Source: Planctomycetota bacterium
Lineage (GTDB): Bacteria > Planctomycetota > UBA1135 > UBA2386
Direction: 5' to 3'
Assembly (NCBI GenBank): GCA_965228735.1
Contig: OZ245838.1
Span: 2,528,001 to 2,592,000, forward strand
DNA length: 64,000 nucleotides
Position 1 is the stretch's first letter. Every line of letters starts with the position of its first letter. The notes beneath the pieces are model-generated. The model was given only the letters and a program-made list of their open reading frames with translations, made no database searches and was not told the origin of the DNA. Both the position numbers and the translations under genes were made by a program. Positions 61,946 through 64,000 of the stretch are shown here, piece by piece.

Positions 61946-61957
61946 TGGCTGTGGAAC

Positions 61958-63382
61958 TCAGGATGAAGCGTCGCCGCCACGCGATCGTTTGGCGGGCGGC
62001 GTCTTCTTCGCGGTGCGCTTCCGGGCCTTCTTCGCGGCCCCTTTCTTCGTGGCACCCTGCGGCGGTGTGCTTTGCTGCGGTGTCTTCTGCGGTGGTGTCT
62101 TCTGCGGCGGTGTCTTCTGCGGCGGTGTCTTTCGCTGGCGCGACGGCTCGACCGTGGCAGCGACGTGCACCGGCGCCGCTTCCCCGGCCCGCGCGCGGCG
62201 GACGGCGGCGCGCAGCTCGTCGACGGCGGTCATCACCGTGACGAACGCGGCGTGCGGCGTGTCGTACGGGCTGAAGTAGTCGTGCACCTCGGCGTCGCTG
62301 TGGTGCTTCGTCGCGACGTAGTAGACGTGGTCCGATGTCGTCAGTCGGCGCCAGGCGACCAGCAGATCGGGCCGCCGGTCGGCAACGGCCAACACGTCCG
62401 AACGCAGCGCGTAGATCGCCGCGTGCGCGGCCTCCTGCATCGGGTTGCCGAGCCACGCCGTGAGATTGCGCTCCTCGTCGGCCCACGACACGTGGGTCGG
62501 GATGTCGAGTTCGGCCGCGGCCGCGCGTTCGGCCGCGACCTGGGCCGGCGTGCGGAACCGGAACTGCGAGTCGTCGAGCACCTTGTTCGGCAGATGCCGC
62601 ATGAACTCGAGGATCCCCGTGTCCTCCGCCTGGTGCTCGCCGAAGGTCTCGTAGTCCATGAAGAGACCGACGAACTGGGCGGGCGACGGCACGTCGTGCA
62701 ACCACTCGGCGAACGTGTCGGCGAACAGCGGATAGCCCGGCCACTTGCGGTTGCTGAAGCGGAACGCGATGTCGTCGGACAGCGAGTAGCTGCGCAGCAG
62801 GAGCCGCAGCCGGTCGCAACCGCGCGGCCGATACGGCACCTGCGGGCTGCGCCAACCGAGGAGCCGATCGGCGCCCTCGCCGAGCATGCAGTCGAAGCCG
62901 AGGTCCTCGACCCGCTTGCAGATCGCGTTGTCGAGGATCAGCTCCGTGTTGCGGAACGTGGTCGGCTCGCCGAACAGCTCCGTCACGACCGCCTTCTGCG
63001 CCTCGACCTGCGCGACGAACTCGTCCGGGTCACCGATCGCCGCGAGGCTGTGGTGACTGGTCTCGCATAGGAACTCGACGTTCCCCGACTCGGCGAGGGC
63101 GACGAACGTATCCAGCGCGGCCGGCACCCAGTCGCGCAGCTGCGAGATCAGCGTGCCCGACAGCGAGAACGCGCAGCGGAACTGGCCGTCCGTGCGATCG
63201 ATCTGCTCGAGCAGCAGCTCGTTCATCGGCACGTAGCAGCGTTCGGCGACGCGCTCGGCGACCAGCCGATTGAGCGGCTCGTCGTAGTAGTCCTCGCCGT
63301 GGTGGCCGATGCGATCGCCGGGCCGCCACTTGTTGAGCCGGTACGGTTGATGCGCCTGGAAGTAGAAGACGATGTCGATCAC
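61958..63382 (-). CDS. GH57 family glycoside hydrolase with repetitive basic tail
   Basis: FQAHQPYRL, ETSHHSL, FRNTEL, FMDYETFGEHQ, SDHVYY; GTG 63382 overlaps the upstream stop. Confidence 0.92.
   Translation of the reverse strand: MIDIVFYFQAHQPYRLNKWRPGDRIGHHGEDYYDEPLNRLVAERVAERCYVPMNELLLEQIDRTDGQFRCAFSLSGTLISQLRDWVPAALDTFVALAESGNVEFLCETSHHSLAAIGDPDEFVAQVEAQKAVVTELFGEPTTFRNTELILDNAICKRVEDLGFDCMLGEGADRLLGWRSPQVPYRPRGCDRLRLLLRSYSLSDDIAFRFSNRKWPGYPLFADTFAEWLHDVPSPAQFVGLFMDYETFGEHQAEDTGILEFMRHLPNKVLDDSQFRFRTPAQVAAERAAAAELDIPTHVSWADEERNLTAWLGNPMQEAAHAAIYALRSDVLAVADRRPDLLVAWRRLTTSDHVYYVATKHHSDAEVHDYFSPYDTPHAAFVTVMTAVDELRAAVRRARAGEAAPVHVAATVEPSRQRKTPPQKTPPQKTPPQKTPQQSTPPQGATKKGAAKKARKRTAKKTPPAKRSRGGDASS
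62057..62131. repeat. Five 15-bp tandem units encoding QKTPP-like repeats
   Basis: CTGCGGCGGTGTCTT-like units read directly. Confidence 0.88.
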
Positions 63383-64000
63383 GTCGTCCCTCGGGCAGGG
63401 CCGCGCGCCTTGCGGCCGGCACGGGCCTTCGGCTCGGCGGCCTCGGCCGCTGCCGAACGGACGAGCGCGAACGCGCGCAGCAGCTCGCCCGTGTTCCACG
63501 CCTGCGCGAACGTGCCGCCGGGGCGGTGCGGAGCGTCCCCGTCGAACACCTCGCTGACGTGCTCGAGCCCGGCGCGGTCCAGCTCGGTGGCGAAGCCGTC
63601 GAGCCAACGCGACAACTCGGCAACGACGTCCGCGCGTTCCCCCGGGGCTGCCGCCTGCAACGCGGCCTCGACGTAGAACCCGCCGGGCCACGGCCAGACG
63701 GTGCCCTGGTGATATGCCGCGTCGCGCGTCTCGATGCCGCCGCGGTAGCGCCCGCGGTACTCCGCGTCCCGCGGCGACAGCGTCCGCAGCCCGCACGGCG
63801 TGAGCAGCTCGGCGCGCGCCTTCTGCACGACGCCGGCGCGTTGCTCCGCGGTGAGCGGCGAACGCGCGAGGGCCGCCGCCATGAGCATGTTCGGGCGCAC
63901 CGCGGGGTCCGCGGCGCCTGCACCACCAGAACCATCGGCCAGCAGTCGATCCGCGAGGTAGCGATCCTCCGCGAGCCAGAACCGGTCGCGCAGAATCTCG
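63379..64000 (-). CDS. Amylo-alpha-1,6-glucosidase (glycogen debranching enzyme), 3' part
   Basis: RPNML, GLRTLSP, AYHQGTVWPW, SEVFDG, QAWN. Confidence 0.9.
   Translation of the reverse strand, partial: EILRDRFWLAEDRYLADRLLADGSGGAGAADPAVRPNMLMAAALARSPLTAEQRAGVVQKARAELLTPCGLRTLSPRDAEYRGRYRGGIETRDAAYHQGTVWPWPGGFYVEAALQAAAPGERADVVAELSRWLDGFATELDRAGLEHVSEVFDGDAPHRPGGTFAQAWNTGELLRAFALVRSAAAEAAEPKARAGRKARGPARGTT

Noticed and set aside
57599..61966. 1455-aa plus-strand ORF and similar long ORFs (219..2654, 42503..44647, 46138..48318, 49729..51987)
   Set aside because: Antisense shadows of real genes in high-GC DNA; Arg/Ala-rich with no motifs.

Overview
High-GC chromosomal window; gene style (ECF sigma with long C-terminal extension, sulfatases, large secreted proteins) suggests a Planctomycetota-like bacterium (inference). 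About 45 genes: sulfatases and sulfotransferases, a sigma-54 two-component system, a ubiE-CPBP-ubiX-ubiA-holA-mutL operon, two tandem ~1000-aa surface lipoprotein paralogs, an NHEJ set (LigD, Ku, stand-alone ligase, MerR-TPR, DUF72) joined to a glycogen operon, and one complete group II intron. Best discoveries, none visible in the ORF track: (1) a putative exported selenoprotein resembling animal selenoprotein N (LDDEFC-UGA-SNAR, SECIS-like hairpin) directly downstream of a histidine kinase/NtrC pair, two palindromic enhancer-like sites and a sigma-54 promoter; (2) a second UGA read-through protein, an EF-hand plus iodothyronine-deiodinase-like fusion (FGSYT-UGA-PPF); (3) the group II intron sits in the loop of a REP-like hairpin, its EBS1/EBS2 match the target exactly, and an empty inverted copy of the target lies about 70 bp from its 3' end; (4) LigD has an apparently dead ligase domain, with an intact separate ligase coupled to a MerR-TPR gene. 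All calls were made by eye; no searches were run.
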